Shown: positions 48,005 to 62,041 of the stretch, in pieces | How positions within the stretch are numbered: the stretch's first letter is position 1 | Layout: the number at the start of each line of letters is the position of its first letter | NCBI RefSeq assembly: GCF_963921235.1 | Contig: NC_086097.1 | Span: 113,524,001-113,588,000, forward strand | Length of the DNA stretch: 64,000 bases | Origin: Mobula hypostoma | Lineage: Eukaryota | Reading direction: 5' to 3' | Position numbers and translations under genes: made by a program | The notes under the pieces: generated by a model | Told to the model about the DNA's origin: nothing | Database searches by the model: none | Seen by the model: only the letters and a program-made list of their open reading frames with translations

Positions 48005-51000
48005 TTACAAGACCATTAGACAAAGGAGCAGAATTAGACAATCTGGCCTATTGCATCTGCTCCACCTTTCCAACATGGCTGGTGTACTATTATTTATTAA
48101 CCCCATTCTCCTGCCTTCTCCCCATAACTTTTGACACCCTTACCAATCAAGAACCTATCAATCCCTGCTTTAAATATACTCAATGACTTGGACTTCACAG
48201 CTGTCTGCAGAAATGAATTCCACAGATTCACAACCTTTCGCCTAAAGAAATCCCTCGTCATCTCTGTTCTAAATAGACATTCCTCTGTTCCAAGGTTCTC
48301 CCTCTGGTTCCATCCTCTCTGTTGGAGCCTTTTAATATTTGATAGGTTTCAATGAGATTCCCCCCCGCCATTCTTCTGAAATCCAGCAAATACAGACTCA
48401 GAGCCATCAAATGCTCCTCATACGTTAACCCTTTCATTCCCAGAATAATTCTTGTTAACCTCCTCTGGAGCGTGTGGGAATAAACGGGACCTTTTCAGAA
48501 TGGCAGGCGGTGACTAGTGGGGTACCGCAAGGCTCAGTGCTGGGACCCCAGTTGTTTACAATATATATTAATGACTTGGATGAGGGAATTAAATGCAGCA
48601 TCTCCAAGTTTGCGGATGACACGAAGCTGGGTGGCAGTGTTAGCAGTGAGGAGGATGCTAAGAGGATGCAGGGTGACTTGGATAGGTTGGGTGAGTGGGC
48701 AAACTCATGGCAGATGCAATTTAATGTGGATAAATGTGAAGTTATCCACTTTGGTGGCAAAAATAGGAAAACAGATTATTATCTGAATGGTGGCCGATTA
48801 GGAAAAGGGGAGGTGCAACGAGACCTGGGTGTCATTATACACCAGTCATTGAAAGTGGGCATGCAGGTACAGCAGGCGGTGAAAAAGGCGAACGGTATGC
48901 TGGCATTTATAGCAAGAGGATTCGAGTACAGGAGCAGGGAGGTACTACTGCAGTTGTACAAGGCCTTGGTGAGACCACACCTGGAGTATTGTGTGCAGTT
49001 TTGGTCCCCTAATCTGAGGAAAGACATCTTTGCCATAGAGGGAGTACAAAGAAGGTTCACCAGATTGATTCCTGGGTTGGCAGGTCTTTCATATGAAGAA
49101 AGACTGGATGAACTGGGCTTGTACTCGTTGGAATTTAGAAGATTGAGGGGGGATCTGATTGAAACGTATAAGATCCTAAAGGGATTGGACAGGCTAGATG
49201 CGGGAAGATTGTTCCCGATGTTGGGGAGGTCCAGAACGAGGGGTCACAGTTGGAGGATAGAGGGGAAGCCTTTTAGGACCGAGATTAGGAAAAACTTCTT
49301 CACACAGAGAGTGGTGAATCTGTGGAATTCTCTGCCACAGCAAACTGTTGAGGCCAGTTCATTGGCTATGTTTAAGAGGGAGTTAGATATGGCCCTTGTG
49401 GCTACAGGGGTCAGGGGGTATGGAGGGATGGCTGGGTTCTGAGTTGAATGATCAGCCATGATCATAATAAATGGCGGTGCAGGCTCAAAGGGCCGAATGG
49501 CCTACTCCTGCACCTATTTTCTATGTTTCTATGTTTCTATGTGTCCAATTCCAGCACATCTCTTTATTAGGCAAGGAGCTTAAAACTGCTCTCAACACTC
49601 CAAGTGTGCTCTGACAAATGTCTTGCAAAGCTTCAACATCACGTCCTTGCTCTTATATTCTAGTCCCCTCAAAATTAATGCAAACTTTGCATCTGGTCCA
49701 AGTGACTTATATACCTTCCGACCTTTCAGCTTCCCAAGGACCTTCTTATGAATAGCAACTTCTACCCCCTGACAGTCTTGAATTTCTGGCCTATTACTAG
49801 TGCCTTCCATGGTGAAGACTGATGCAATATATTTATTTAGATCCTCCGCCATTTCTTTATGCCCCATTACTACTTCTCCAGCAACATTTTCCAGGGGCCT
49901 GATATCCTGTCTTTTACTCTTTATATATCTGAAAAAGCTTTTGGTATCCTCTTTTATATTTTTGGCTCGCTTACCTTCATACTTCATCTAGTCCCTCCTT
50001 ATGGCTTTTTAGATGCCTTCTGTTGGCTTTTAAAACCTTCCCAATCATCCAACTTCCCACTAATTTTTGCAAGACTATATGCCCTCTCCTTTTGTGCTTT
50101 CCTTCCGAATTGCTCACAGAAACTCCAGCCTTTGCTGTTCTGTCGTCATCTTTCCTAGTCTCCCTTCCAATCAACCTTGACCAGCTCCTCTCTCGTGCCT
50201 CTGTAATTCCCTTTATCCAACTGGAGTGCTGATACATCGGACTTTATCTCCTTCCTCTCAAAATGCAGGATGAATTCTATTATACTCACTGTCTCCCAAG
50301 GGTTCCTTTATCTTAAGCTCCCTGATCAAATCTGGATCATTACACAAAACACAATCCAAAATTGCCTTTCCCCAAGTGGGCTCAACCACAAGGTGTTCCA
50401 AAAAGTTGTCTCATAGACATTCTACAAACTCCCTCTCTTGGGATCAAGTACCAACCTTATTTTCCAAACCCACCTGCATATTGAGATTCCCCTATGATTA
50501 TCACAATGTCTTTTTTTTAAAACATACCTTTTCTATTTCCCATTGTAATCTATATTCCACATACTGGCTACTGTTTGGAGGCCTATATATAACTCCTTCA
50601 GGGTCTTTTAACCTTTACGATTTCTTTACTCTACCCACAAGGATCTTCCAATCCTCTATCACCTTTTTCTAAGGACTGGATTTCATTTTTTTTTACCAAC
50701 AGAACCACCACTGCCCCCCCCCCCCACCCAATCTGGCTTCCTGCCTGTCATTTCGATACAATATGTATCCTTGGGTGTTCAACTCCCCATTATGACCTTT
50801 CAGCCACTACTCACTAATGCTCACGTTGTCATGTCTGCCAACCTTTAACTGCGCTATAAGGTCACCTACCTTATTCTGTATGTTGCGTGCATTCAAACAC
50901 AACACCTTCAGTCCTGAATTTATTGTCCTCTTTGATTTTGCCCTTGTGCTTCACTTCAACTCATCGCATTAGCTGCAATTTTGCCCTGTCATCTGCCTGT

Positions 51001-51670
51001 TCTTCTTCACTGCATCTGTGTATATACCAACAGCCTCGTCCTTAGCCCCATCACTCCAGTTCCCATCCCCTTGCCAACTTAGTTCAGACCCTCGCCAACA
51101 GTTCTAGCAAACCTGACCACAAGGATATTGGTCCTTGGGTTCGGGTGTAACGCATCCTTTTTGTACAGGTCATATCCTCTGCAGAAGAGATCCCAATGAT
51201 CAAGAAATCTGAAACCCTACCCCCTGCAGCCGTTTCTCAGAATTCAATCATTTGGACTAGCATCCTATTTCTGCCCGGATTAGCACATGGCACTGGAAGT
51301 AATTCAGCGATTACAACCTCTTCCCTAACTCCCTATACTCACTGCACACCCCCTTTCTCCCTCTGTCATTGGTGCCAATGTGCACTGCAACCTCTGGTCG
51401 CTCAACCTCCCCCTTGAGAACGCAGCCACTCTGAGGCACCCTTGACCCTAGCATCTAGGAGGCAAAACATCATCCAGATGTCTCTTTCAAGGACTCAAAA
51501 CCTCCTGTCCTTTCCCCCAACCACTGGGTCTCCTATCACTATCAGTCTACCTGAATTTAGGCTTCCCCTCTGAGCCTCAGAGCCGGCCAGAGTTCCACTA
51601 GCCTGACTCCTTTTGTTGTGCCCTGAATGGACATCCATCCCCAGCAGTATCCAAAGGGTATACTTGTTGC
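48005..51670 (-). mobile_element. Old degenerate CR1 (ORF1 to 3' end, with deletions) hosting a younger CR1
   Basis: Remnants KNIKEDTKSFFRYIKSKR (49592..49987) and LIVIGDPVVGGKDRRF (51495..51710); 3' end near 48005. Confidence 0.8.
48472..49541 (+). mobile_element. Young 5'-truncated CR1 (different subfamily)
   Basis: Uninterrupted 322 aa RT C-terminal frame (SGVPQGSVLGP, KFADDTK) and a (TTTCTATG)n tail. Confidence 0.95.
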
Positions 51671-52869
51671 TGAGTTCCTCCAGCATTTTGTGTATTACTC
51701 TGGATTTCAAGCATCTGCAGAATCTCCTGTGTTACTGTCTGTGGGGTTAATTACAGAGCAATTACAAAGGCAGCTGGATCAAAATTTCAAATGAAAGAAG
51801 ATACCATAGCATTGTGAGTGAAACACTGCAACAGGAACAGCTTGCTCTTGGCATGAGCTCCTTTAACATAGTAATTGAGGTCCCCAGGTAATTATTGAGT
51901 TCATACAGATGTAACACAAAGATGTGAGCAAGTTTAAAAACATTTAAATCTCTGCTGAGAGGCACAGGATACATGTTTTATTAGTATGGGATTGTATGTT
52001 TTTACCGAGTGCTTTAGATATCATATTCTAGCTATTCATCTGTGAAAAATAGGCTGCTTTGTGAACGATATGTATATCTTACAAGTTTTTTTTCCTCTCA
52101 GTGTCCATATTCATAACCTGATTAATACAAATCTCCCTAATCTGCAGTTTTTATTAAAATTAAATTCAGAATCTCATCAACAAGCATCAGTTGTTTTATA
52201 ATTCCTATTCTTGGTATGTTACCTTAAAAATGCTAATCTCTAACCTTGAATATGTGCAACGCTAATCAATCACACAACTCCAGTTTAATTTCTCATGCCA
52301 GATATAAAAGCTCAAATAATTTTAACTGCTGATATTCGTCCAAATCCTTTCTCTAAAGCCAGTGATCTGTGAGGCTTAGTGCCATTTTCTTACTAGCATT
52401 CTTTTGAAAGGCGAAATATTAACTCCAGCATCATGTAGTTAAAGATTCGATAACCTTCACTACACCATGAGCAGCAGAGTTGGCATTCCATACATCCTTC
52501 CTGTTCTGCTCAGAGGAAAAGATGTATTGTTCACAATAACCAATCTGCCACTCCCAACTTTTTAATCTTGTAGTTCATGACTATTAAAAAAAATACTTTC
52601 AAACTGTATACTCAATTAAATGATTTGTTTTCACTCTCAGCAGAAATACTGCCTGTCCCTTTTGAATACAGTACTGATTAAACGGGTCTTTTATTTTCTC
52701 TCTCTGTCTCCAGTTTACATCTTGTGATGTGGTGTCTTATTACCAAGACGTGCCCTAACAAACCTCAGCACGATTTCTAAAGCTGCTTGTGATCGTACAC
52801 TTGAAATGATACTTTCACCCCACCAAGAAAAAAAAGTGAATGTATACACACTTTTTTCCCCCTTTCACC

Positions 52870-53135
52870 CAAGTTCTACTCTCCTTTCCTCAGATTCCCT
52901 CTTCTCCAGCCCTTTACCTTTCCAGCCTACCTGGCTTCACCTATCGCCTTCTAGCACCTCCCGCCACCATTTTATTCTGATGTCTTCCCCCTTCCTCTCC
53001 AGTCCTGATGAAAGGTCTCAGCCTAAAATGGCAACTTTTTTTTTATTTCTATAGATGCAGCCAGACCTGCTGAGTCCCTCCAGCATTTTGCGTGTGTGGC
53101 TCTGAATTTTCAGCATCTGCAGATTCTCTTGTGTT
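52870..53135 (+). mobile_element. PLE terminal-repeat fragment with a degenerate hammerhead motif
   Basis: Similar to 22480-22745; CAGTC-CTGATGA-AAGGTCTCAGCCT-AAAA at 53000-53028. Confidence 0.75.
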
Positions 53136-53849
53136 TAATATACAACACTTACTGTTTCTGTCTCAAGGCGGCAACATCCATCACTGAGGACCCTCACCAT
53201 CCAGAACTGCCATCAGGGAGAAGATACAGGGGCTTGAAGGCTCAGTGATTTAGCAACAGCTTCTTCCCCTTCACTGTCAGAATAGATAGGCTTATAATTC
53301 CAGAATGGATTCCAGAAAATAGTGCAAAAAAGAGAACAAAGAAGAAAAAAAAACAATTGTGAGGTAATGTACGTGGGTTCATTGTCCATTCAGAAATCTG
53401 ATGGCAGAGTGGAAGAAGCTGTGCCTAAAGGATGGTGTGGAGTCCATGGATCTTGGGCATGGTTTAATCGACGTGGTTTGTGGATTGGACTCTGTCGTTC
53501 ATGTTATGATGTGTTTCTGGTTCTTGGATGCTTCATTTTTTTTGTTGATGTTTTGTGCAAATTTGATCGGGATGGACTATGATGTGCCCTGCAGATTGCG
53601 AGAGACGCAGCTCTGGATTGAACTGAACTGACTACGCCTGGAATCTTGCAATGTCTCTGTGACTTGGGGTTTTGCATTCTGTTTTTTGCTCAATTTTTTC
53701 TTGTCATTTGTGTGATTTCTTCTTTTATTTTGCGTACTGGGGGCTTGATATATTTCTTTGAACAGGTTCCATGGTTTTCATGGTTTCATGGCTGTCTGTG
53801 GGAAGGTGAAATTTAGGATTGTATACTGCACACAGACTTTGATAATATA

Positions 53850-54375
53850 CCAGGGGTGATTGATATGTTCGTGGCCTAAGGTAGGAGGAGTCAATTTTAG
53901 AAAGCCTAGCACATTTATTTTTCAACATCGTCCCCTCCTACATTGACACACTTAGTCCAGCGGTTGTGAAGCATACAGATCCCTTCTTTGTAGAAGTTGG
54001 CGTCTTGGACCTCCAGAAAGTGGTCCACAGCAGGGGTGATTGACAAGTTTGTGGCCTAAGGTATAAGGAGATGAGTTATTAACTTCAAACTTCCTGCATT
54101 TTCACTCGAAGAGTTGAACTGCACGTGCATATAACGAGAGCTGTATAACTCATCTCCTTCTACCTTAGGCCACAAACTTATCAATCACTCCCTGCTGTGG
54201 ACCATTTTCTGGAGGTCCAAGACGCTGACTTCTACAAAGAAGGGAGCCGTATGCTCCACAACCACTGGACCAAGTGTGTAAATGTAGGAGGGGACTATGT
54301 TGAAAAATAAATGTGCTAGGTTTTCTAAAATTAACTCCTTCTATCCTAGGCCACGAACTTATCAATCACCCCTCG
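53850..54375. mobile_element. Mariner-type fold-back MITE
   Basis: TA-flanked; C(C/G)AGGGGTGATTGATA(T/A)GTTCGTGGCCTA terminal repeats; the arms are inverted copies of each other over ~230 bp. Confidence 0.88.
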
Positions 54376-55191
54376 TACTTTGAATCTTGAATCTTTACAT
54401 TTGTTCATGTTTTCCTTGCTAACCTTCATTCTACCCACTGTAAATGAGAACCAAGGTTTATTACTTATCTCCTAATTCACACCAAAACCTTTTCACCCAC
54501 CAGTGCCATGCTCATTAATCAATAGTGGCTCCTTGACCAAATTGTAGAAGTTACAGCAAGGATAAGGGTATTTGGCCCATCACGTTCAGCTCCTTTTTGA
54601 ATTCTACAAATAAATCCTCCAACTCTAACCCTGGCAGTGCATTCCAGGCCCTAACAACTTGTGCAAATATAGCTTATGTCACCTTAATTCCTTTGCTAAT
54701 TATCACCAATTATATCTCTTGTTCCTGGACCCAGCTGTCCCCTTTCTGATGTTAATGGTCCTCACAAGCTGCACTGTTCCAGGGAGAACAATTACAGTGA
54801 CTTCAGTCCATGCACAATGCTAAAAGTTTCTCACTCAAACATTTCACATCTTTCTTGAACTGTAGTGCACAGAACTAGATTCTTCCCCAGATGCTGCCTG
54901 ACCTGCCCAGTGCTTCCAGCATTTTAAAATTTTCTCTCAGACTTCCAACATCTGCAGTTTTTTGTTTTTCATCAACAATTCATAAATGCACTTTTGTAAA
55001 ATAACTTCTCCAAATTTCTGTTTACACTGCTAGTCTCTGTTGTTCCAGTCCCATCACTCTTGAGGATGTCCATATGAGGCACTATGTCAGAATATCCCAC
55101 ATCAACTGTATTTCCCTCATCTATCCTCTCAATTACCACGAAAAAAACTATCAAATTTTGCATTCAAATGCATTCTGACTTTCTCCAATTA

Positions 55192-56523
55192 CATGTTTCC
55201 CCCGCTATCCGAAGGTACAGCATTCCTATGAAAGAGCTTGTAAGCCGGAATGTCGCAAAGTGAATGAGCAATTACCATTTATTAATATGGGAAAAATTTT
55301 TGAGCGTTCCCAGACCCAAAAAATTACCTACAAAATCATGCCAAATAAAACATAAAACCTAAAATAACAGTAACATATAGTAAAAGCAGGAATTATATGA
55401 TAAATATACAGCCTATATAAAGTAGAAATACTTTTTTGCAGCACTGTCTAGTGCAGCAAAAATCTCGCTGAAGCGCTCTCGACAGAAACACTCGCTCCGG
55501 TAACCGTTAAGCTATGAAGCTGCCAAATCATACCAAATAACACATAAAAATACACAGTCTATATAAAGTAGAAATAATGTATGTACAGTGTAGTTTCACT
55601 TATCAGAATTGGGTAGACTTCAAAAAATTGCTGTTTCGTCACAGTTAAACACTTGCTTATACGAATAACCACCTGACACAATCGGCAATCGGCTCTGATC
55701 TGGGCCGACATTTACATGCCGGGCGGCACCCAATTAATTAGCTTGTTTATTTCGGCTTTTTTCTTAAAGATGTGCTGGATGCGTTCCGACTACCGCTGCA
55801 CCCCTGCATGCTTCACGGCAATGTATCGGTCTGCGGCCCAGAGGTTGGGGACCACTGCTTAAACTATGAAGCTGCCCTCGCCTCAGTAACCGATCAAACC
55901 ACCTATGACTACCTTTCAATTCCACTTTCATCACCATCATCCAGTGCTTTCTGTTTCAGCTTTTTAAAAAGACTGATTTCTCAAGTACAAGAAAACTTAA
56001 TGGAACATCACACTTTGTACACCCATCAATCCACTCAAGCAATAGACTTTCTATTTTATTCATTATTGGATGCCGACTAAGAGCAACCACTTTGCTACGA
56101 GCAGAACCAACAGTAACCGGCAGCTTTCAAAATTCTTTCTCTCTGCATATAAATAGTGTGAATGGTGGACGCAGGCAAGTTCAATGCGCAGACAATGTCC
56201 TTACTTCGTTCACCACGATCGAAACGCTTAATTATGTCTACTTTTACAGTAAGTGTAACACCCTTATGAGCTCTTTTAGGCTTTTCCGATACCTTAGAAC
56301 TCATCTTGCTAACTGATGCACAAAATAAATCGAGATAAATCACGTGTTTAAGCAATGCCGGCTAGAATGCAGTTCCGAGGGAGGAGCTTGGCTGTTCGGG
56401 CGCGCGCTGCCTTTTTTCGTAACAGTGAAAACACCTTCAGTTAGAGAAAACAGGTAACTAATGTAGGTCTTTTGTAACAGCGAGGTGTTGTAAAGCAAAC
56501 GTTTGGAAAACGGAGGACACCTG
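55192..56523 (-). mobile_element. Tigger/pogo-like non-autonomous transposon
   Basis: TA|CATGTTTCCCCCG ... CGGAGGACACCTG|TA. ORF 56095..56355 has MSSKVSEKPKRAHKGVTLTVKVDIIKRFDRGERSKDIVCALNLPASTIHTI, a CENP-B/psq-type HTH. Confidence 0.85.
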
Positions 56524-56879
56524 TAATCCACGCTTGTTCAAGTAAATTCTGCCCCTGATCATTGTTTCTACAACTTTACCTGCAGCAAAGATGAAGTGAC
56601 TGATTTACAGTTACTGGATCTATCCCTGCAGCCCTTTATTTGAGTAAAATAACAGCATTTCTAATCCTCAGGTGACCCTCCCCCCATACCCTATACATAG
56701 ATGATTATAATCAATTCTCTCAATTCTGCAATTCTCTCCTCTTCTTCCTTCAGCAATCCTTATTTGGACCAGGTGTATTATCCAAATTAATTGCAGCTAA
56801 ACCTTCAGGCAAGTCCACTTTATCAATGTTTAGCCTATAAAGTGATAGAACACGATAGTACAGAAGCAGGCTCTTTGCT

Positions 56880-57067
56880 CATCTACCCTGTTATTGTTGT
56901 TCCTTTTCAAATCTAGTGGTGCATTGGGTGGCATCTTTTGCCATTTCCGTAGCACTTTGACTTTTTTTTTGGAAAGATGGGAAGCGTACAAGGAGCCAGC
57001 TGGATTTGAACTGAGGACCATTCATCTTGAAATCTGGTGCTGATGCCACGACACCACTGGCCGGCCT
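56880..57067 (-). mobile_element. tRNA-derived SINE
   Basis: Minus-strand head GGCCGGCCAGTGGTGTCGTGG (A-box-like) ... AGTTCAAATCC (B box). Confidence 0.6.
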
Positions 57068-57274
57068 AATCTAGTCTGTGCTAAACCGTTATTCTGCTTA
57101 TTCCTGTCGACCTGCACGTGAATCATAGCCCTCCATAGTCCTCCCATCCATGTACTCATTCAAGTAACTAGAATCTTAATTATAAACTCCTTTGCTGAGA
57201 CTCCAGCTTCAGCCTTTTTGATGAAGACTGATGCAAGATACTCATTTAGTATCTTACCCATGCCCTCTACCTTC

Positions 57275-59690
57275 CAAGAGAGGGAATTTGTAGAATGCCT
57301 ACAAAATGCTTTTTAGAGCAGCTTGTGGTTCAGTCCACCAAGGAAAAGGCAATTCTAGACTGGGTAGGTGTAATGAACCAGATTTGATTGCAGAGTTTAA
57401 AGTAAAGGAACCCTTAGAAGGCAGTGATCATAACATGATAGAATTCACCCTGCAGCATGAGAGCGAGAAGCTAAAATCAGATATATCAGTATTATAGTGG
57501 ACTAAAGCAATTTATAGAGGCATGAGAGAGGAGCTAGCCAAAGTTGATTTGAAGGGGACACTAACAGAAATGGCTGATGTTTCTGAGGGAAATTCAGAAG
57601 GCAATGGAAAGATACATCTCAAAGAAGTGGTATTCTAAAGGGAGATGAGACAACTGTGACTGACAAGGGAAGTCAAAGTCAGCACAGAAACAAAACAGAG
57701 TATAATATAATATAATACAGCATACAGCATAATGTAACAAAATTACCGGGATGTTAGGAGATTGGCTTTTAAGTTAATTATCAAAGTACATACTGTATAT
57801 ATCAACATATACTACCCTGAGATTGATTTTCTTGCAGACATTCACAGCAAATACAAAGAAACTCACTAGGATCAATGAAGGACTGTACACAACAAAGACA
57901 GACAAGCAACCAATGCACAAAAGATAAGAAATTGTGCAAATACAAAAAAAAAAGGAAAAATAAATAATATGGAGTACATGGGTTGTAGAGTCCTTGAAAG
58001 TGACTATTCACAGGTTGTGAAATCAGTTCAGTGTTGGGGCAAGTTGAAGTTATCTACTCTGGTTCAGGAGCCTGATGGTTGAGGGGTAATAACTGTTCCT
58101 GAACCTGGTGGTGTGGGGCACAAGGCTCTTGTACCTTCTTCCTGGTGGCGGCAGTGAGAAGAGAACAATCAAAGATTCAAAGTACAGTTATTATCAATTA
58201 ATGTATAAATTATGCAACCTTGAGATTTGCTTGCTTACAGGTAGCCACAAAGCATGAAACCGGAAAGGACCCAATTAAAGAAAAAAATAAAAAGACTAAT
58301 ACCTGATGTGCACGAGAAAAGAAAAAAAAACACATATCACAGAAACAGCTGAAGCAAACGACAACATTCTGAAACAATTTGAGTTCTCAGATCCAAACCC
58401 CGCAGTAGTCCCAAACTCTTAGTTTTTCAGTTCATCATATCAGTGGGCACGGAGCACAACAGCCAGGGCAGTCTTCATAGCCTCAAGGCCATGGAGAGAG
58501 GAGTGATCTTCATGGAGAGTGTGCAAAATCAGCTCTCGCCTCAGATCACGACACCCTGTTTTTTTTAGGTCTGATGGGGCCGGCATTTAAATTGACCAAA
58601 CAAATGAACTGGTATTTGGAGGCACATGATAAAATAGGCCTGGTTTCCTCAAGGTGAAATCTTGCTTGACAACTTTGTTGGAATTCTTTGAAAAAATAAC
58701 AAGCAGGACAGAGAAAGGAGAATCAGTGGACGTTGTCTACTTGGATGTTCAGAAAGCCTTTGGCAGGGTGCTGCAATGAGGCTGCTAAACAAGATAAGAG
58801 CCCATGGTATTACAGGAAGGATACTAGCATGAGGAGAAGATTAGCTGATTGACCGAGTAGGTAGAGGGACAGGTAATGTTGAGGAAGCATTGAGTCATGT
58901 ACTTTCGTAGAAGAAATAAATGCATAGACTGTTTCTAAATGGGGGGGGGGAATAAAAAAAAATCAGAGATGCAAAAAGTCTTGGGAGTCCTTGTACAGGA
59001 TTCCATAAAGGTTAACTTGCAGGTTGAGTCGGTGGTAAGGAAGGCATATGTGATGTTAGCATTCACTTTGAGAGGACGAAAATGTAACAGCAAGGTTGTA
59101 TTGCTGAGGCTTTATAAGACATTGGTCAGAATGGCCTTGGGATATTGTGAGCAGTTTTAGACCCCTTACCTAAGAAAAGATGTGCTGGCATTGGAGAGGA
59201 GGTGGTTCACAAGAATGATTCTGGAATTAAAAGGCTTAATATATGAGGAGCATTTGATGGCTCTGAGTCTGTATTCACTGGAGTTCAGAAGAATAAGGGG
59301 GTTTATTATTGAAACCTATTGAATATTGAAAAGCCAAGACAGAGTTAATGTGGAGAGGATATTTCCTATAGTGGGGAAGTCTAGGACCAGACAGCACAGC
59401 CTCAGAAAAGAAGGACATCCATTTAGAACAGAGATGAGGAGGAATTTATTCAGCCAGAGGGTGGTGAATCTGTGGAATTCATTGCCACATACAGTTGTGG
59501 ACATCAAGTCATTAGGTTTATTTAAAGCAGAGGTTGATAGCTTCTTAATTAGGAAGGGTGTTGAAGGTTACAGGGAGAATACAGGAGAACGGGGTTGTAC
59601 GGGATAATAAATCAGCAGTAATGGAATGGTGGAGCAGACTCAATGAGCCAAAAGGTCTAATTCTGTTCCTATGTGTTATGGGTCTGGTAT
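57275..59690 (+). mobile_element. Fragmented CR1 interrupted by other LINE-tail elements (~57770-58600)
   Basis: EPLEGSDHNMIEF (57306..57497); RT pieces in 58939..59160 and 59326..59607. Confidence 0.8.
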
Positions 59691-60284
59691 TGTTTTATTT
59701 TTCAACTGAGTTGTGTATTAACCACCTACTGAAATTAACTACGCAGTAAACACACGGCGTCATGGATGGGCAGCTGTTGCTCAAGCTCCTCCACTTTGGA
59801 ACACTTCCTATATCCATTCTTGTTCAAAACACGGGAAGCGTTGTGGAGTTCAGACATGGTACAAGGTACGCACTCCATGGGTGCAAAGCACGCTGCTCTG
59901 CTTCTATTTAACATAATAAAGCAGCTCACAGAAAAAGCATATTTACAACTACTACTATACTATAGGATTATTTCCTTTTTTTTGGCCTGAAGGAATTTTT
60001 TGAATTCCCCAGCTTTTTGTGTAAACCAAATGCTTGTTTAAACTCATTGAACCTTTGTTCCTCAAGCTCCCTCTAAACTCAGAGCAAGTAGTACCTTGAT
60101 TTTAAAAAATCTCAGGTTTGTTTCAGAAGCTCTGCATAGCCTTGTTGCTCCCTTCCTCTGTACCCACCCCCACCCCGAGCTCCAACACAGTACAAGAGAC
60201 TCCCACTCCTTTAATAATGGCCTTAAGATGTCTGACTTTCATTTGTCTGTCACACCTCCACTGGTGGCTGGAGTGTAGAGGTCT

Positions 60285-60991
60285 TCCAATCTACACTGGG
60301 TCTCACCGATGTACAAGAGGCCGATATACGAGAAGATATTCCAGGAGCACTGGAAACAGTAGATGACCCCAACAGACTCACAGGTGAAGTGTTGCCTCAC
60401 CTGGAAGGACTGTTTAGGGCCCTGAATGGTAGTGAGGGAGGAAGAGTAGAGCAGGTGTAGCACTTGCTCCGCTTGCAAGGTTAAGTGCCAGGAGGGAGGA
60501 TCAGTGGGGAGGGACGAATGGAGAAGGGAGTGGCGGAGGGAGCGGTCCCTGCGGAAAGCAGAAAGTGAAAGGGAGGGAAAGATGTACTTGGTGGTGGGAT
60601 CCACTGGAGATGGCGGAAGTTGCAATGAGTTATGTGTAGGACTTGGAGGTAGGTGAGATGGTAGGTGAGGACAAGAGGAACGCTATCCCTGGGTAGGGTG
60701 GTGGGAGAATGGGGTGAGACCAGATATGAAACAGATATGGTTGAGTGTAGTGTTGATGGTGGAGGAAGGGAAGCCCCTTTCTTTGAAGAAGGACGACATC
60801 TCCTTCATTCTGGAATGAAAAGCCTCCTCCTCAGAACAGGTGCGGTGGAGACGGAGCAACTGAGAGAAAGGGATTTTATAAGTAACAGGGTGGGAGGAGG
60901 TATAGTTCAGGTTGCCGTGAGAGTCAGTGGTCTGTAACAGACATCAGTAGATAAGCTATCTACAGAGAGAGACAGAGAGATCAAGAAAGGG
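60285..60991 (-). mobile_element. Penelope-like RT-thumb to GIY-YIG fragment
   Basis: ORF 60239..60625: SAFRRDRSLRHSLLHSS..FQVRQHFTCESVGVIYCFQCS..GLLYIGETQCRL. Confidence 0.85.
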
Positions 60992-62041
60992 TTATTAGCA
61001 CATGATTAGTCATGATATTTTTAAATGACTGGTCACGCAGGCATGCTGCTGCAGGTAACTTGATTGCTATATTTCCTGTATTACACTTGAAAAATGTTCT
61101 TCATTGGCTGCTCAGAACCTCTAGGCACTCTGGAAGAGTGTGAAAGGTGCTCCATTTATACACATCCATCCATATATTCCCATTATTGAAAAGCTGATCC
61201 TGTACATTATCGAAAAGCTTTCTATTTTGGATGGTGCAAAATACTAGGAGTATGCTCAGTACAGATCAACAAGCTTCAAAACCTAAGCCTCCTCCTAACT
61301 TCACAACTGGATCCCTGACTTCCACACCAGTGGCCACAGTCAGTGCAGAAATAACATCTCCTCCTCGCTGAGGATCAATAGCGCAGCACCTAGTCCACTG
61401 ATCTACTCTCCCGATATCCATGACTATGTGGCTAGGCAGGAAACTCTTGCCTTGAAGACAATCTTGAGCAAATCCTCTTCAATGTTGAACTCTTTTCAAA
61501 AACAGCTACATTTAGCCCAGCTTGAATAAGGTATCAGTTGCAGAGGGCCAAAGTGTAAGCTCGTGGTAAACAGTGAAATTTGGAATTTAGAAACTTCCCT
61601 GTTGTTCAGATTAAGAGTGATGAGACTCATTCAAAGGTGGAATGCACAGTAAATGTGTCACAGAACCACTGTATGCATTTTTCCCGAAGTAGACAAAATA
61701 ACATTCTGTAATAGACCTATTAGCAAAATGAAGCACATAGTTGACATTAAAGAGCTAGATAGATACAAAATTGGCTAATGGAACACAGAGTTTTCACTCT
61801 AATTGTACATCAATTCACAAATCATTGGAAGTAAAAACACAGGTCAAGACCATAAATGAGAGAAATTAAGTCAGAGAAATGATGTCAAAAGTGTGAAAAA
61901 AACTTAGTTAGATCGTATCCAAGATTACCAAGTGTATCACAATATTCCTTGTACAAAAACAACACAGGCTCAGGAAAAAGGATTAAAATAGATTTAGAAG
62001 AATGAATTAATTACTTTTGAACCAAAACAAAATTTATTCTA

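Noticed and set aside
59735..59929. Cys-containing ORF (MECVPCTMSEL..RKCSKVEELEQQL) as the missing FZD6 first exon
   Set aside because: No signal peptide or CEPI-type CRD start; it looks more like a decayed CR1 ORF1 zinc finger/zipper.
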